Assembly: GCA_934154445.1 (NCBI GenBank)
Contig: CAKPGC010000007.1
Coordinates: 5,763 to 69,762 of the forward strand
DNA: 64,000 nucleotides
From: an uncultured Clostridia bacterium
GTDB lineage: Bacteria > Bacillota > Clostridia > TANB77 > CAG-508
Reading direction: 5' to 3'
Part shown: one piece after another, positions 22,265 through 32,935 of the stretch
How positions within the stretch are numbered: position 1 is the first letter of the stretch
How the letters are laid out: every line of letters starts with the position of its first letter
The notes under the pieces: generated by a model
Told to the model about the DNA's origin: nothing
Seen by the model: only the letters and a program-made list of their open reading frames with translations
The model's database searches: none
Position numbers and translations under genes: made by a program

Positions 22265-22387
22265 TTTGTAAAATTCCCTCCTTCATCTAAGTGAAATTTT
22301 TAATATTTTTATAATTTATACTTCATTTTAAATTAGTTAAAAAGTATTTTGATTATTTAGCATTCAAGCTTTTAACCTTTTTTACTT

Positions 22388-22756
22388 TTATTTTTTGCTT
22401 TTGCTTACAAGTTTTCTAGGACCTTTTCTTGTTCTAGCATTTGTTTTTGTTCTTTGTCCTCTTACAGGTAATCCTTTTCTGTGTCTTAATCCTCTGTAGC
22501 ATCCTATTTCTGTAAGTCTTTTTATGTTTAAAGCAACTTCTCTTCTTAAATCACCTTCAACTGTGTATGATTCATCAATAACTTTTCTTATGCTATTAAC
22601 TTCATCGTCAGTTAAATCTTTTACTCTAGTATCTGGATTAATACCAGCTTTTGCTAGAATTTTTTGAGAACTTGTTAATCCTATTCCATAAATATATGTA
22701 AGTCCTACTTCTACTCTTTTTTCTTTAGGTAGATCTACTCCTGCTATACGAGCCAT
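22388..22756 (-). CDS. rpsM: 30S ribosomal protein S13
   Basis: [26 protein letters not shown]; start at the ATG after GGAGGTG; the ORF-track TTG extension is not used. Confidence 0.95.
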   Translation of the reverse strand: MARIAGVDLPKEKRVEVGLTYIYGIGLTSSQKILAKAGINPDTRVKDLTDDEVNSIRKVIDESYTVEGDLRREVALNIKRLTEIGCYRGLRHRKGLPVRGQRTKTNARTRKGPRKLVSKSKK

Positions 22757-22936
22757 ATTTTTTTGCACCTCCAAATTTTTTTATGTTTGTCTCTATTTTC
22801 ACTAAAGGTGAAATGCACCCTTGCTTTTGGGTCTTTAGATATCTTCAAGACATATATATAAACACAAATTGATATGTTTAGTATATATTATATACTTCAC
22901 AGCCGCTACCTATTTGTGTTATAAACTTGTTTATAA

Positions 22937-23050
22937 TTATCCTTGTCTTTGTTTGTGTTTAGGGTTTTCACAGATAACTCTAATTACACCTTTTCTTTTT
23001 ATTACTTTACATTTGTCACATATTTTTTTTACTGATGGTCTTACTTTCAT
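22937..23050 (-). CDS. rpmJ: 50S ribosomal protein L36 (Zn-ribbon type)
   Basis: Hand-translated [37 protein letters not shown] with AGGAGGTG SD. Below the ORF-track length cutoff. Confidence 0.9.
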   Translation of the reverse strand: MKVRPSVKKICDKCKVIKRKGVIRVICENPKHKQRQG

Positions 23051-23147
23051 GTTTTTGCACCTCCTACTTTTTAGCTTTATTTAGCTATTTTTTATATATT
23101 TGGGTTAATTTTATACTTTGGTTTAAACAAATCAAAAATGATATGTT

Positions 23148-23366
23148 TTATTTTGCTCTCCAGATTATACGACCTTTACTCAAGTCATAAGGTGAAAGTT
23201 CTACTTTTACTTTATCACCTGGTAAAATTTTAATGTAGTTCATTCTAAGTTTTCCTGAAATATGAGCCAATATTTGATGTCCATTTTCAAGTTCAACTTT
23301 AAAATTTGTATTAGGTAATGCTTCGACTACCGTTCCTTCTACTTCTATAACATCTTCTTTAGCCAA
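23148..23366 (-). CDS. infA: Translation initiation factor IF-1
   Basis: 72 aa S1-like OB fold; canonical sequence. Confidence 0.95.
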   Translation of the reverse strand: MAKEDVIEVEGTVVEALPNTNFKVELENGHQILAHISGKLRMNYIKILPGDKVKVELSPYDLSKGRIIWRAK

Positions 23367-23450
23367 GATATCCCCTCCTATTGAGCAATTTATTATTATT
23401 TTTTCACAATTTTTCCATTTTAATAATAACTATTATATTATACACTAATA

Positions 23451-24221
23451 CTAAAGTATTGTCAATATTTCTGGATCTTTTTCTGTAATTAAAATTGTAT
23501 TTTCATAATGAGCTGCCATACTTCCATCTTCAGTTATTATTGTCCAACCATCTTCAAGTTCTAAAATGTTTGGTTTTCCCTGAATTACCATAGGTTCTAT
23601 TGCTAGAGTCATTCCAGGTTCTAATCGTATACCTCTACCTGCTTTGCCATAATTTGGTATTCCTGGATCTTCATGCATTTCTTTTCCAATGCCATGTCCT
23701 TGAAATTCTCTTACAACTGAAAATCCTTGTGAATGCACATATTCTCCAATTGCGTGGCAAACATCACCTATTCTGTTTCCTGGTTTGGCATATTTTATTC
23801 CTTCATAAAATGCTTGTTTTGTAACATTTACCAATCTTTGATTCTCTTTGGTTGTTTTTCCAACAATAAAAGTTCTTGCTGCATCACCGTTAAAACCATT
23901 TTTTAATGCTACTGTATCAATACTTACTATATCTCCTTCTTTTAAAAATCTTTTCTTTGAAGGAATTCCATGTATAACTTCATCATTTATTGATACACAT
24001 ATAGATGCTGGAAATTTAGGTATTCCTCTAATTCCAGGGTCATATCCTTTTTCAGCCGGAATTGCTCCTAAATCTCTCATTGTTTTTTCTGCAATCTGAT
24101 CTAATTCTTGTGTAGATATTCCTGGTTTTATGTGTTTTTCTAGTTCTTCGTAGGTTAAAGCGACAACTCTACAAGCTTCTCTCATTAGTTCAATTTCTTT
24201 TTTTGATTTTATTGTTACCAT
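23451..24221 (-). CDS. map: Methionine aminopeptidase, type I
   Basis: 256 aa; metal-ligand D/D/H/E/E context. Confidence 0.95.
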   Translation of the reverse strand: MVTIKSKKEIELMREACRVVALTYEELEKHIKPGISTQELDQIAEKTMRDLGAIPAEKGYDPGIRGIPKFPASICVSINDEVIHGIPSKKRFLKEGDIVSIDTVALKNGFNGDAARTFIVGKTTKENQRLVNVTKQAFYEGIKYAKPGNRIGDVCHAIGEYVHSQGFSVVREFQGHGIGKEMHEDPGIPNYGKAGRGIRLEPGMTLAIEPMVIQGKPNILELEDGWTIITEDGSMAAHYENTILITEKDPEILTIL

Positions 24222-24280
24222 TTTACTTATCTCCTTCTGGGATAAATTTTAAAATTATCTCAATATTTTCTTTTTCAAAC

Positions 24281-24940
24281 TTATTTTAATATCTTTGCTA
24301 CTTCTTCCGCTACATCTTTTCCTAGTTTATTTATTGTTTTACTAACTGTTTCTGTTAATAAGTTGCCTTTTTTTTCATAATATTCTACTAATGGACTTGT
24401 TTGTTCAAAATATATTTCAAGTCTTTTTCTTATTGTTTCCTCTGTGTCATCTTTTCTTCTTATTAATTCACTTCCACATTTATCACAAATTCCTTCATGT
24501 TTTGGTGGATTTAAGACTAAATTATATATTGCTTTACATTCTTGATTTGAGCATACTCTTCTACTAGCAAGTCTTTCAATAATTTCTTCATCAGGTGTTA
24601 TTAAATTAATTACTTTATCAACTTTTTTTCCTTTTGCTTCTAGTATTTTGTCTAATTCTTCTGCTTGTTTTACTGTTCTTGGAAATCCATCTAATATGAT
24701 TCCTTTTTCTACATCTGATTGACTTAATCTATCTTCAATTACTTTTACTGTTACATCGTCTGGTACTAATTTTCCAGCTGATATATATGTTTCTGCTAAT
24801 TTTCCTAATTCTGTTCCTTCTTTAATATTTTTTCTAAATATGTCTCCTGTTGATACTTGTTTAATTCCAATTTTGTCCTGTAATAACCCAGCTACAGTTC
24901 CTTTTCCTGTCCCAGGTGCCCCTAACATAATAATTATCAT
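24281..24940 (-). CDS. adk: Adenylate kinase (Zn-binding lid, CxxC...CxxC)
   Basis: P-loop GAPGTGKGT; lid cysteines CSNQEC...CDKCGSEL. Confidence 0.95.
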   Translation of the reverse strand: MIIIMLGAPGTGKGTVAGLLQDKIGIKQVSTGDIFRKNIKEGTELGKLAETYISAGKLVPDDVTVKVIEDRLSQSDVEKGIILDGFPRTVKQAEELDKILEAKGKKVDKVINLITPDEEIIERLASRRVCSNQECKAIYNLVLNPPKHEGICDKCGSELIRRKDDTEETIRKRLEIYFEQTSPLVEYYEKKGNLLTETVSKTINKLGKDVAEEVAKILK

Positions 24941-25100
24941 TTATGAATTTCTCCCTTCACTACGTATCTTTTAATTTTTCGTAGATTAAGACTATTAATT
25001 ATAATAATCTTTATAATATTTACTAATAATTAATAAACATTATAAAAATCATTATAGGGTGATATGTATTTTACATATCTCCCCACAATGTTATACTCTT

Positions 25101-26420
25101 TTATTCTAAGAATCCTTTATAGTGTCTCATTACTAACAATGATTCTAATTGTTGTACTGTTTCTAAAGCTACACCTACAACGATTAATATTGATGTACCA
25201 CCAAATGCAATATTTAGTCCTGTAAATCTAAGTAGCATTGGTAATATTGCTATTACTGCTAAGAAGAATCCTCCGAACCATGTTAATTTTGATATTATTG
25301 ATGATAGATAATCTGTTGTTGGTTTTCCAGCTCTTATACCTGGTATAAATCCACCGTTTTGTTTTATATTATTTGATACTTCTGCTGGATTAAATGTTGC
25401 ATAAGTGTAGAAAAATGTAAATGCCATAATAAGTACTAAATATACTAATGCATTTCCTATTGTATACCCTATTCCAACACTTGAAGATGATGTTGCAATT
25501 GAGAATTTGTATACTCCAGCCCAAAATCCACTTAAATTAGTCATATCTTTTGCAAATATTGATATTAACATTGCTGGGAATGTTAAAAATGATGATGCAA
25601 ATATTATTGGCATTACTCCTGCCATAGCTAATTTCAATGGTATATGTGTATTTTGTGCTCCAACCATTTTTCTTCCTACTACTTTTTTAGAATATTGTAC
25701 TGGTACTCTTCTTTCAGCTTGTTGTATAAATACAACTCCTGCTATTAATATTATAGCACCTATTAATATTCCTATTGCCATTAATAATCCTGTTGTACTA
25801 AATCCTGTACTTGTAAATATTAAATTCCATAATGTTGTTACAAAACTTGGTAATCCTGAAATAATACCTATAAATATAATCATTGAAATTCCATTTCCAA
25901 TACCTTTATTGGTTATTTCATCTCCAAGCCACATTAATATTGATGTTCCTGCTACTAAAGATATAACTACTAAAGCTCCTGTAGCAAATTCTGTATTTAC
26001 GAATATTCCTGAAGATTTGTATGATACAAATACACCTATTGCCTCAACTAATGCTAAGACCAATGTTAATATTTTTGTATATCTATTAATCTTCTTTCTT
26101 CCTTCTTCTCCACCTTCTTTAGTTAATCTTTCTAAAGATGGTATTATCATTCCTAATAATTGAATAACAATTGAAGCTGTTATATAAGGGCTAATTGACA
26201 TTGCAAAAACTGAAAATCTTGAAAATGCTCCTCCTGAAATCATGTCTATTAATCCTGCTACTCCATTTGTTGAATTCATAGCTTCATTTAATGCTATACT
26301 ATTTACTCCTGGTACAGTAATATAACATCCAAATCTAAAAATTACAATTAATAATAATGTATATAAAATTCTTTTTCTAACATCAGGTGTCTTAAATGCA
26401 TTTTTGATTGTTTTAAACAA
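25101..26420 (-). CDS. secY: Preprotein translocase subunit SecY
   Basis: 439 aa; 10-TM SecY. Confidence 0.95.
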   Translation of the reverse strand: MFKTIKNAFKTPDVRKRILYTLLLIVIFRFGCYITVPGVNSIALNEAMNSTNGVAGLIDMISGGAFSRFSVFAMSISPYITASIVIQLLGMIIPSLERLTKEGGEEGRKKINRYTKILTLVLALVEAIGVFVSYKSSGIFVNTEFATGALVVISLVAGTSILMWLGDEITNKGIGNGISMIIFIGIISGLPSFVTTLWNLIFTSTGFSTTGLLMAIGILIGAIILIAGVVFIQQAERRVPVQYSKKVVGRKMVGAQNTHIPLKLAMAGVMPIIFASSFLTFPAMLISIFAKDMTNLSGFWAGVYKFSIATSSSSVGIGYTIGNALVYLVLIMAFTFFYTYATFNPAEVSNNIKQNGGFIPGIRAGKPTTDYLSSIISKLTWFGGFFLAVIAILPMLLRFTGLNIAFGGTSILIVVGVALETVQQLESLLVMRHYKGFLE

Positions 26421-26855
26421 TTAAATCACCTCAGCCTTTCCGCCTAAAGCTTCAATTTCTTCTTTTGCTTTTGCAGTAAATCTTTTAGCTTTAATGTTTA
26501 GTTTTTTCTCTAATTTTCCTGTTGCTAATACTACTATTCCATCATTTACTTTTCCTATTATTCCATCAGCTAATAATGTTTCTGCTGTTACATCGTTAAC
26601 AGTTGATTTATTTAACATTGTTAATGTTACTTCTGTGTAGTCTTTAGCATGGATATTATTGAATCCTCTTTTTGGTAGTCTTCTATATAATGGTGTTTGA
26701 CCACCTTCGAATCCTCTTCTTACTCCACCACCAGATCTTGCTTTTTGTCCTTTATGTCCTCTACCAGATGTTTTTCCAAGTCCAGAACCTATTCCACGTC
26801 CTACTCTTCTTCTTGATACTCTTTCTTCAGCTGGTTTTAATTCTCCTAGTTTCAT
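26421..26855 (-). CDS. rplO: 50S ribosomal protein L15
   Basis: 144 aa; Gly/Arg-rich N-terminus. Confidence 0.95.
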   Translation of the reverse strand: MKLGELKPAEERVSRRRVGRGIGSGLGKTSGRGHKGQKARSGGGVRRGFEGGQTPLYRRLPKRGFNNIHAKDYTEVTLTMLNKSTVNDVTAETLLADGIIGKVNDGIVVLATGKLEKKLNIKAKRFTAKAKEEIEALGGKAEVI

Positions 26856-26902
26856 TTTGTGCTTGCACCTCCTCTTTTTTTGACATGTAACACATCTTTT
26901 TC

Positions 26903-26942
26903 ACGGGTATTTACTATCTTCTATTAATTATTTCTACCCGTG
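26903..26942. other. Hairpin (8-bp stem CACGGGTA/TACCCGTG, 24-nt loop) in the rpsE-rplO spacer, where rpmD (L30) would normally sit
   Basis: The 123-nt spacer has no ORF; L30 is absent from the cluster. Confidence 0.5.
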
Positions 26943-26978
26943 TAAATATGTGGTTACAATTATTTATTTTGTAGTTTA

Positions 26979-27464
26979 TTATAAAATTTCTTCTACTTTT
27001 TTACCTCTTTTTTTAGCTACTTGTTCAGCTGTTTGCATAGCTTTTAATCCTTCGATTGTAGCATAAACAACGTTTCTTGGATTGTTTGTTCCAATAACTT
27101 TTGTTCTTATGTTTTTGTATCCTGCAAGCTCTAATACTGGTCTAACACTTCCTCCTGCTATTAATCCAGTACCAACAGCAGCTGGTTTTAATAAAACATT
27201 TGCACTACCAAATTTTCCAACATATTCATGTGGTACTGTTGTATCAACTATTGGAACTTCTACTAAATTCTTTTTAGCTTCTTGAATAGCTTTTTTGATT
27301 GCGTCTGGAACTTCTGCAGCTTTACCGTTACCTACACCAATATGTCCATTTTCATCACCTACAACAACTACTGCGCTAAATCTAAAAGTTCTACCACCTT
27401 TAACAACTTTAGCAACTCTGTTTATAGCAACTACTTTTTCTTTTAATTCGCTTTTTTCTTCCAT
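26979..27464 (-). CDS. rpsE: 30S ribosomal protein S5
   Basis: 161 aa; canonical. Confidence 0.95.
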   Translation of the reverse strand: MEEKSELKEKVVAINRVAKVVKGGRTFRFSAVVVVGDENGHIGVGNGKAAEVPDAIKKAIQEAKKNLVEVPIVDTTVPHEYVGKFGSANVLLKPAAVGTGLIAGGSVRPVLELAGYKNIRTKVIGTNNPRNVVYATIEGLKAMQTAEQVAKKRGKKVEEIL

Positions 27465-27488
27465 GGTTTTCTCCTTTCTTATTTTTTT

Positions 27489-27848
27489 CTAAAACTTTAA
27501 TCCGCCTTCTCTAGCAGCTTCTGCTAATTCTTTTATTACTCCATGATAGATGTATCCACCACGATCAAAAACTACAGTTTCAATATTTTTTTCTAATGCT
27601 TTTTTAGCTATCATTGTTCCAACTTCTTTAGCAGCTTCTTTATTAGCATGTTTTGTTTTAATATCTTTATCTAAAGTTGAACAACTAACTAATGTTTTTC
27701 CAGCAACGTCATCTATAACTTGTACATATAAGTTTGTATTACTTCTATATACGCATAGTCTTGGTCTTTCACTTGTTCCAGATACTTTTGTTCTAACTCT
27801 TAAATGTCTTCTTGTTCTTTCCATTTTTCTATCTGTTTTCTTAACCAT
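27489..27848 (-). CDS. rplR: 50S ribosomal protein L18
   Basis: 119 aa; canonical. Confidence 0.95.
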   Translation of the reverse strand: MVKKTDRKMERTRRHLRVRTKVSGTSERPRLCVYRSNTNLYVQVIDDVAGKTLVSCSTLDKDIKTKHANKEAAKEVGTMIAKKALEKNIETVVFDRGGYIYHGVIKELAEAAREGGLKF

Positions 27849-27943
27849 TTTTCAAACTCTCCTTTCACTCGCTTTGCTCGTTCATTGTCATCTAAAATTT
27901 TTTCAAAATCTTATCTGCCAAATCCCTTATTTAGCTCGAATTT

Positions 27944-28480
27944 TTATTTACCAGTTTTACCTTCTTTACGACGAATAACTTCATCAGCATATTTGATACC
28001 TTTACCTCTATATACTTCTGGTGGTCTCTTAGATCTTACAACAGCTGCTGTTTGACCTACTAATTCTTTATCAATTCCTCTAACTATGATTGTATTTGGA
28101 TTTGGTACATCAAATGTAATTCCTTCAGGTGCTTCAAATATTACTGGATGTGAATATCCTAAAGTCATATTTAAACCTGTTCCTTGTTTTGCAACTCTAT
28201 ATCCTACACCATTTATTTGTAATTCTTTAGTGTATTCATGTGTTACACCTGTTATCATATTATTAATTAAAGTTCTTGTTAAACCATGTAAACTTCTGTT
28301 AGCTGGTTCATCATTTTTTCTCATTACTTTAATTATGTTATCATTCATTTCTAAAGAAATATTTTTATGTATTTCTCTTTCTAATGTTCCTTTTGGTCCT
28401 TTTACAGTGATTTTTTGTCCGTCTATTTTTACTTCTACACCATCAGGTACTGTTATAGGTTTATTTCCTATTCTTGACAT
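27944..28480 (-). CDS. rplF: 50S ribosomal protein L6
   Basis: 178 aa; canonical. Confidence 0.95.
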   Translation of the reverse strand: MSRIGNKPITVPDGVEVKIDGQKITVKGPKGTLEREIHKNISLEMNDNIIKVMRKNDEPANRSLHGLTRTLINNMITGVTHEYTKELQINGVGYRVAKQGTGLNMTLGYSHPVIFEAPEGITFDVPNPNTIIVRGIDKELVGQTAAVVRSKRPPEVYRGKGIKYADEVIRRKEGKTGK

Positions 28481-28536
28481 CTTCTTTTCCTCCTTTTTTG
28501 AATTATGTCATATAGCTTTCGCCTTTTTAGTGAATA

Positions 28537-28935
28537 TTACCAAACATAAGCTAGTACTTCTCCACCTACTCCTAATTGTCTTGCTTCTTTATCTGTTTTT
28601 AAACCTTGAGATGTAGAGATTATTGCTATACCTAAACCATTTAATACTTTAGGTAATTCTTCTTTAGATGCATAAACTCTTAATCCTGGTTTGCTTATTC
28701 TTTTTAATCCATCAATTACTCTATTTCCTTTTTCATCATATTTAAGAGTAACTCTGATGATTCCTTGATTTTCATCTTTTATTTCTTCATAAGCTTTAAT
28801 ATATCCTTCATTGAATAATATTTCAGCTATTCCTGTTTTCATTTTTGATGCAGGTATATCTACTGTTTTATGTTTTGATGTATTTGCATTTCTGATTCTT
28901 GTTAACATATCTGCGATTGGATCTGTAGTATTCAA
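28537..28935 (-). CDS. rpsH: 30S ribosomal protein S8
   Basis: 132 aa; canonical. Confidence 0.95.
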   Translation of the reverse strand: MNTTDPIADMLTRIRNANTSKHKTVDIPASKMKTGIAEILFNEGYIKAYEEIKDENQGIIRVTLKYDEKGNRVIDGLKRISKPGLRVYASKEELPKVLNGLGIAIISTSQGLKTDKEARQLGVGGEVLAYVW

Positions 28936-28976
28936 CTCTTTTTCCTCCTTTTCTTTATAAAGTATTTAATCGATTT

Positions 28977-29162
28977 TTACCAGCTTGCTTTCTTAACTCC
29001 TGGTATCTCACCTTTATGTGCTAATTCTCTAAAGCAAACACGGCAAATACCATATTTTCTGATATATGCATGTGGTCTACCACATAATTTACATCTATTA
29101 TATTCTCTAGTGCTGTATTTTTGTGGTCTTGCTTGTTTTATTTTCATTGATTTTTTAGCCAT
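28977..29162 (-). CDS. rpsZ: 30S ribosomal protein S14 type Z (zinc-binding)
   Basis: 61 aa with CKLCGR...CRVCFR. Confidence 0.95.
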   Translation of the reverse strand: MAKKSMKIKQARPQKYSTREYNRCKLCGRPHAYIRKYGICRVCFRELAHKGEIPGVKKASW

Positions 29163-29185
29163 AGTTTTTTATTTCCTCCTTTTGA

Positions 29186-29725
29186 CTAGTTTTTAAAAGG
29201 CATTCCCATTAATTTTAATAATTCTTTTGCTTCTTCGTCTGAATTAGCTGTTGTTACAAATATGATATCCATACCTCTTAACTTGTCTACTTTATCATAT
29301 TCGATTTCTGGGAATATTAATTGTTCTTTTATACCCATTGAGTAGTTTCCTCTTCCATCGAATGAATTTCCAGAAACCCCTCTAAAATCTCTAACTCTTG
29401 GAAGTGCTACATTGAATAATTTGTATGCAAAATCATACATTTTACCTGATCTTAATGTTACTTTACATCCTATGTTGGCACCTTCTCTTAATTTAAATGC
29501 AGCAATTGATTTTCTAGCTTTTGTTATTACTGGTTTTTGACCTGTAATTATACTTAAATCATTTATTGCATTTTCTAATGATTTAGGATTTTCTTTTGTA
29601 TCACCTAAACCTATGTTTATAACTATTTTATCAAGTTTTGGAACTTGCATAACTGATTTATAATTAAATTTTTTCATTAATGCTGGAACTACTTCTTTTT
29701 CATATTGTTCTCTTAATTTTTCCAT
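29186..29725 (-). CDS. rplE: 50S ribosomal protein L5
   Basis: 179 aa; canonical. Confidence 0.95.
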   Translation of the reverse strand: MEKLREQYEKEVVPALMKKFNYKSVMQVPKLDKIVINIGLGDTKENPKSLENAINDLSIITGQKPVITKARKSIAAFKLREGANIGCKVTLRSGKMYDFAYKLFNVALPRVRDFRGVSGNSFDGRGNYSMGIKEQLIFPEIEYDKVDKLRGMDIIFVTTANSDEEAKELLKLMGMPFKN

Positions 29726-29749
29726 TATGAATTAGTCCTCCCTTCTTTA

Positions 29750-30058
29750 TTATTTTAATTTTGCACCGCATTTTTTACAAACACGAATTTTTTCACCTTT
29801 TTCTTCACTATATCCAACTTTTGTAGTTTTTCCACATTTAGGGCAAACTACATTTGCTTTTGAACTTGGTATAGCACATTCTACTGATATTATTCCGCCT
29901 TCTTCTCCTTGTTTTCTTGGTTTGATATGTCTTTTTCTAACATTTGCACCTTTAACAATGATTTTGTCAGCTTTTGGTATTACTTCTAGTACTTCTCCTG
30001 TTTTTCCTTTATCATTTCCTGATAAAATTTGAACAGTATCTCCTTTTTTTATTCTCAT
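29750..30058 (-). CDS. rplX: 50S ribosomal protein L24, carrying a C-terminal CxxC...CxxC (Cys4) motif
   Basis: KOW N-terminus MRIKKGDTVQILSGNDKGK. C-terminus VCPKCGKTTKVGYSEEKGEKIRVCKKCGAKL. Confidence 0.9.
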   Translation of the reverse strand: MRIKKGDTVQILSGNDKGKTGEVLEVIPKADKIIVKGANVRKRHIKPRKQGEEGGIISVECAIPSSKANVVCPKCGKTTKVGYSEEKGEKIRVCKKCGAKLK

Positions 30059-30100
30059 TAGAGATTGCCTCCCTTCTTAAACTTTTCTGATATTTACAAA

Positions 30101-30469
30101 TTAAAGAACTTCTGGAGCTAAAGATAATATTTTCATATAATCTTTTTCTCTTAATTCTCTTGCAACTGGCCCAAATATACGTGTTCCTTTTGGTGTTCCA
30201 TCTTCTTTGATTATTACAGCTGCGTTTTCATCAAATTTTATATATGATCCGTCTTGTCTTCTTAATCCTTTTTTAGATCTAACGATAACTGCTTTTACAA
30301 CATCACCTTTTTTTACAACGCCACCTGGTGTTGCTGTTTTAACTGAAGCAACTATAACATCGCCGATGTTTGATGTTTTTCTATATGAACCACCTAAACA
30401 TCTAATACACATAATTTCTTTTGCACCTGTGTTGTCAGCTACTTTTAATATTGTTTGTTGTTGTATCAT
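30101..30469 (-). CDS. rplN: 50S ribosomal protein L14
   Basis: 122 aa; canonical. Confidence 0.95.
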   Translation of the reverse strand: MIQQQTILKVADNTGAKEIMCIRCLGGSYRKTSNIGDVIVASVKTATPGGVVKKGDVVKAVIVRSKKGLRRQDGSYIKFDENAAVIIKEDGTPKGTRIFGPVARELREKDYMKILSLAPEVL

Positions 30470-30495
30470 TTTGGTTATTCTCCCTTCATAATTAT

Positions 30496-30759
30496 TTATT
30501 TTATGATTGCTTTTTCAACTATCTTAACTACTCTCCATCTTTTATCTTTAGAAAGTGGTCTTGTTTCCATAACTTCAACTTTGTCACCTTCATGGCATTC
30601 ATTGTTTTCGTCATGTGCTTTTAATTTATATGTTCTTTTTACTGTTTTTCCATATACATCGTGTCTCACACTTGTTTCAACTGCTACAACAACTGTTTTA
30701 TCCATTTTGTCAGATACTACAGTTCCTGTCATTGTTTTACGAAGATTTCTTTCTTCCAT
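30496..30759 (-). CDS. rpsQ: 30S ribosomal protein S17
   Basis: Start at MEERNLRK with AAGGGAGGA SD. The ORF-track 5' extension (MNEVRER...) is an in-frame upstream mini-ORF element. Confidence 0.9.
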   Translation of the reverse strand: MEERNLRKTMTGTVVSDKMDKTVVVAVETSVRHDVYGKTVKRTYKLKAHDENNECHEGDKVEVMETRPLSKDKRWRVVKIVEKAIIK

Positions 30760-30856
30760 GTATAAATCCTCCCTTTCTCTCACTTCGTTCATTCATCATA
30801 AATTCAAAATATTTTAGAATTTATGAGTCAATCACTCAAGCTCGTTCATCATCGTT

Positions 30857-31063
30857 TTATGCTTTAGCTTCTGCTATTTTTCTTTCTGTTAATACAGTAT
30901 TTATTTTAGCTATATCTTTTTTAACTTCTTTTATTTTCATTGGATTGTCTAATCCGTTTGTAGCTAAACTAAATTTTAATTTAAATAATTCTGTTTTTAG
31001 TTCACCTAATTCTTTTTCTAAATCTGGTGAAGACATTTCTCTTATTTTACTAATCTTCATCAT
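30857..31063 (-). CDS. rpmC: 50S ribosomal protein L29
   Basis: [10 protein letters not shown]...; start chosen at the second ATG, 7 nt after GGTGGA. Confidence 0.9.
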   Translation of the reverse strand: MMKISKIREMSSPDLEKELGELKTELFKLKFSLATNGLDNPMKIKEVKKDIAKINTVLTERKIAEAKA

Positions 31064-31490
31064 TTCCACCTACCTTTTCAGTTTCTCTGGCAACGAATTT
31101 TGTTTTATTAGGTAGTTTATTCATTGCTAGTCTTAAGGCTTCTCTAGCTGTTTCTTCTGGTACACCAGCGATTTCAAACATTACTCTTCCTGGTTTTACT
31201 ACAGCTACCCAATATTCTGGAGCACCTTTACCTTTACCCATACGAGTTCCGATTGGTTTAGAAGTTATTGGTTTGTCTGGGAATATTTTTATCCAAACTT
31301 TTCCACCTCTTTTTATATAACGAGTCATAGCAATTCTGGCTGCTTCAATTTGATTACTTGTAACTAATGCAGCAGTTACAGCTTGTATTCCGTATTCTCC
31401 ATCTGTAACTCTATTTCCTCTTGTTGCTTTTCCTCTCATTCTACCTTTTTGCATTTTTCTATGTTTTGTTCTTTTTGGCATTAATGGCAT
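31050..31490 (-). CDS. rplP: 50S ribosomal protein L16
   Basis: 146 aa; its start overlaps the rpsC stop. Confidence 0.95.
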   Translation of the reverse strand: MPLMPKRTKHRKMQKGRMRGKATRGNRVTDGEYGIQAVTAALVTSNQIEAARIAMTRYIKRGGKVWIKIFPDKPITSKPIGTRMGKGKGAPEYWVAVVKPGRVMFEIAGVPEETAREALRLAMNKLPNKTKFVARETEKVGGNDED

Positions 31491-32146
31491 TATTGGTCTC
31501 CTCCTTCCATTTTCTTAGTTGGAAGAACTTCTCCTTTATATATCCAAACTTTTACACCGATTTTTCCATAAGTTGTATCTGCTTCTGCAAATCCATAATC
31601 TATATCAGCTCTTAAAGTTTGTAATGGAATATTTCCTTCTTTATAAAATTCAGTTCTAGCCATGTCAGCTCCACCTAATCTTCCTGATACAGCTGTTTTT
31701 ATACCTAAAGCTCCTGCTTTTGTAGCTTTTTGCATGCATTGTTTCATAGCTCTTCTGAATGAAATTCTTCTTTCTAATTGTCCTGCAATGTTTTCTGCAA
31801 CTAATTGTGCATCTGTGTCAATGTTTTTAACTTCTACAATGTTTAAGTTAACATCTTTTCCTATTAATTTTGTTACATCTGCTTTTATAGCTTCTACACC
31901 AGCACCACCTTTACCAATTATAATTCCTGGTTTAGCTGTGTATAAATTAATTTTTACAATTTTTGCTGTTCTTTCAATTTCAATTTTAGAAATTCCAGCA
32001 GCATATAATTTTTTCTTTAAAAATTTACGAATTTTTTGATCTTCTACTAAATAATCTGCAAAATTTTTAGAATCTGCATACCATTTAGAATTCCAATCTT
32101 TTATTATACCAACTCTCGCACCTGTTGGATGTACTTTTTGTCCCAT
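31490..32146 (-). CDS. rpsC: 30S ribosomal protein S3
   Basis: 218 aa; KH domain. Confidence 0.95.
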   Translation of the reverse strand: MGQKVHPTGARVGIIKDWNSKWYADSKNFADYLVEDQKIRKFLKKKLYAAGISKIEIERTAKIVKINLYTAKPGIIIGKGGAGVEAIKADVTKLIGKDVNLNIVEVKNIDTDAQLVAENIAGQLERRISFRRAMKQCMQKATKAGALGIKTAVSGRLGGADMARTEFYKEGNIPLQTLRADIDYGFAEADTTYGKIGVKVWIYKGEVLPTKKMEGGDQ

Positions 32147-32153
32147 GGTTTGA

Positions 32154-32510
32154 TTAAGCCTCCTTTTCTTTTAATACTATTGTTATATGACTTGTTCTTT
32201 TTCTAATTCTTACTGCTGAACCTTTTGCTGCTGGTCTTATTCTTTTTAAAGTTGGACCTTGATTTGCAAATATTTCAGCAACATATAAATTTTCATGTTT
32301 CATTTCATGATTATTTTCAGCATTTGCAATTGCTGATTTTAATAATTTTTCTAATACTTCTGATGATGCTTTTGGTGTAAATTTCATTATTGCTAATGCT
32401 TCATCTACATCTTTTCCTCTTATTAAATCTGCTACTATTTTTACTTTTCTTGATGATATTCTAGCAAATTTAAGTGTTGCTCTTGCTTCTTTTACTAGTG
32501 TTTCTTCCAC
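32154..32510 (-). CDS. rplV: 50S ribosomal protein L22
   Basis: 118 aa; canonical. Confidence 0.95.
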   Translation of the reverse strand: MEETLVKEARATLKFARISSRKVKIVADLIRGKDVDEALAIMKFTPKASSEVLEKLLKSAIANAENNHEMKHENLYVAEIFANQGPTLKRIRPAAKGSAVRIRKRTSHITIVLKEKEA

Positions 32511-32563
32511 TTTTCTTACCTCCTTTTTTTATTAGGTGGGTACACCTTTATTTATCGTATTTC

Positions 32564-32845
32564 TTATTTTTTTACTGTTGTTTTTTTGTCTCCAGCATGA
32601 CCTTTAAATGTTCTTGTTGGAGCAAATTCACCTAATTTATGACCGATCATTTCTTCAGCTATATATACTGGAACGTGTTTTCTTCCATCATGTACAGCTA
32701 TTGTATGACCAACCATTTGTGGATATATTGTTGAAGCTCTTGACCATGTTTTTAGAACTTCTTTACTTCCTGTTTCGTTCATTGCTTCTATTCTTTTTAA
32801 TAGTTTTTCTTGAACGAATGGTTTTTTCTTGCTTGATCTAGACAT
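32564..32845 (-). CDS. rpsS: 30S ribosomal protein S19
   Basis: 93 aa; canonical. Confidence 0.95.
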   Translation of the reverse strand: MSRSSKKKPFVQEKLLKRIEAMNETGSKEVLKTWSRASTIYPQMVGHTIAVHDGRKHVPVYIAEEMIGHKLGEFAPTRTFKGHAGDKKTTVKK

Positions 32846-32935
32846 ATACCATGTTCTCCCTTCATAATGCTAATTGCCATCCGAAAATTATTTAAAATTT
32901 TCGGGTAACAAATTGCTATTTTATATTTTCTAATC

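Noticed and set aside
22757-22936. Possible attenuator/terminator in the rpmJ-rpsM spacer
   Set aside because: Only weak 4-bp stems (accc/gggt) are present. More likely it holds an internal promoter; the evidence is insufficient to call a feature.
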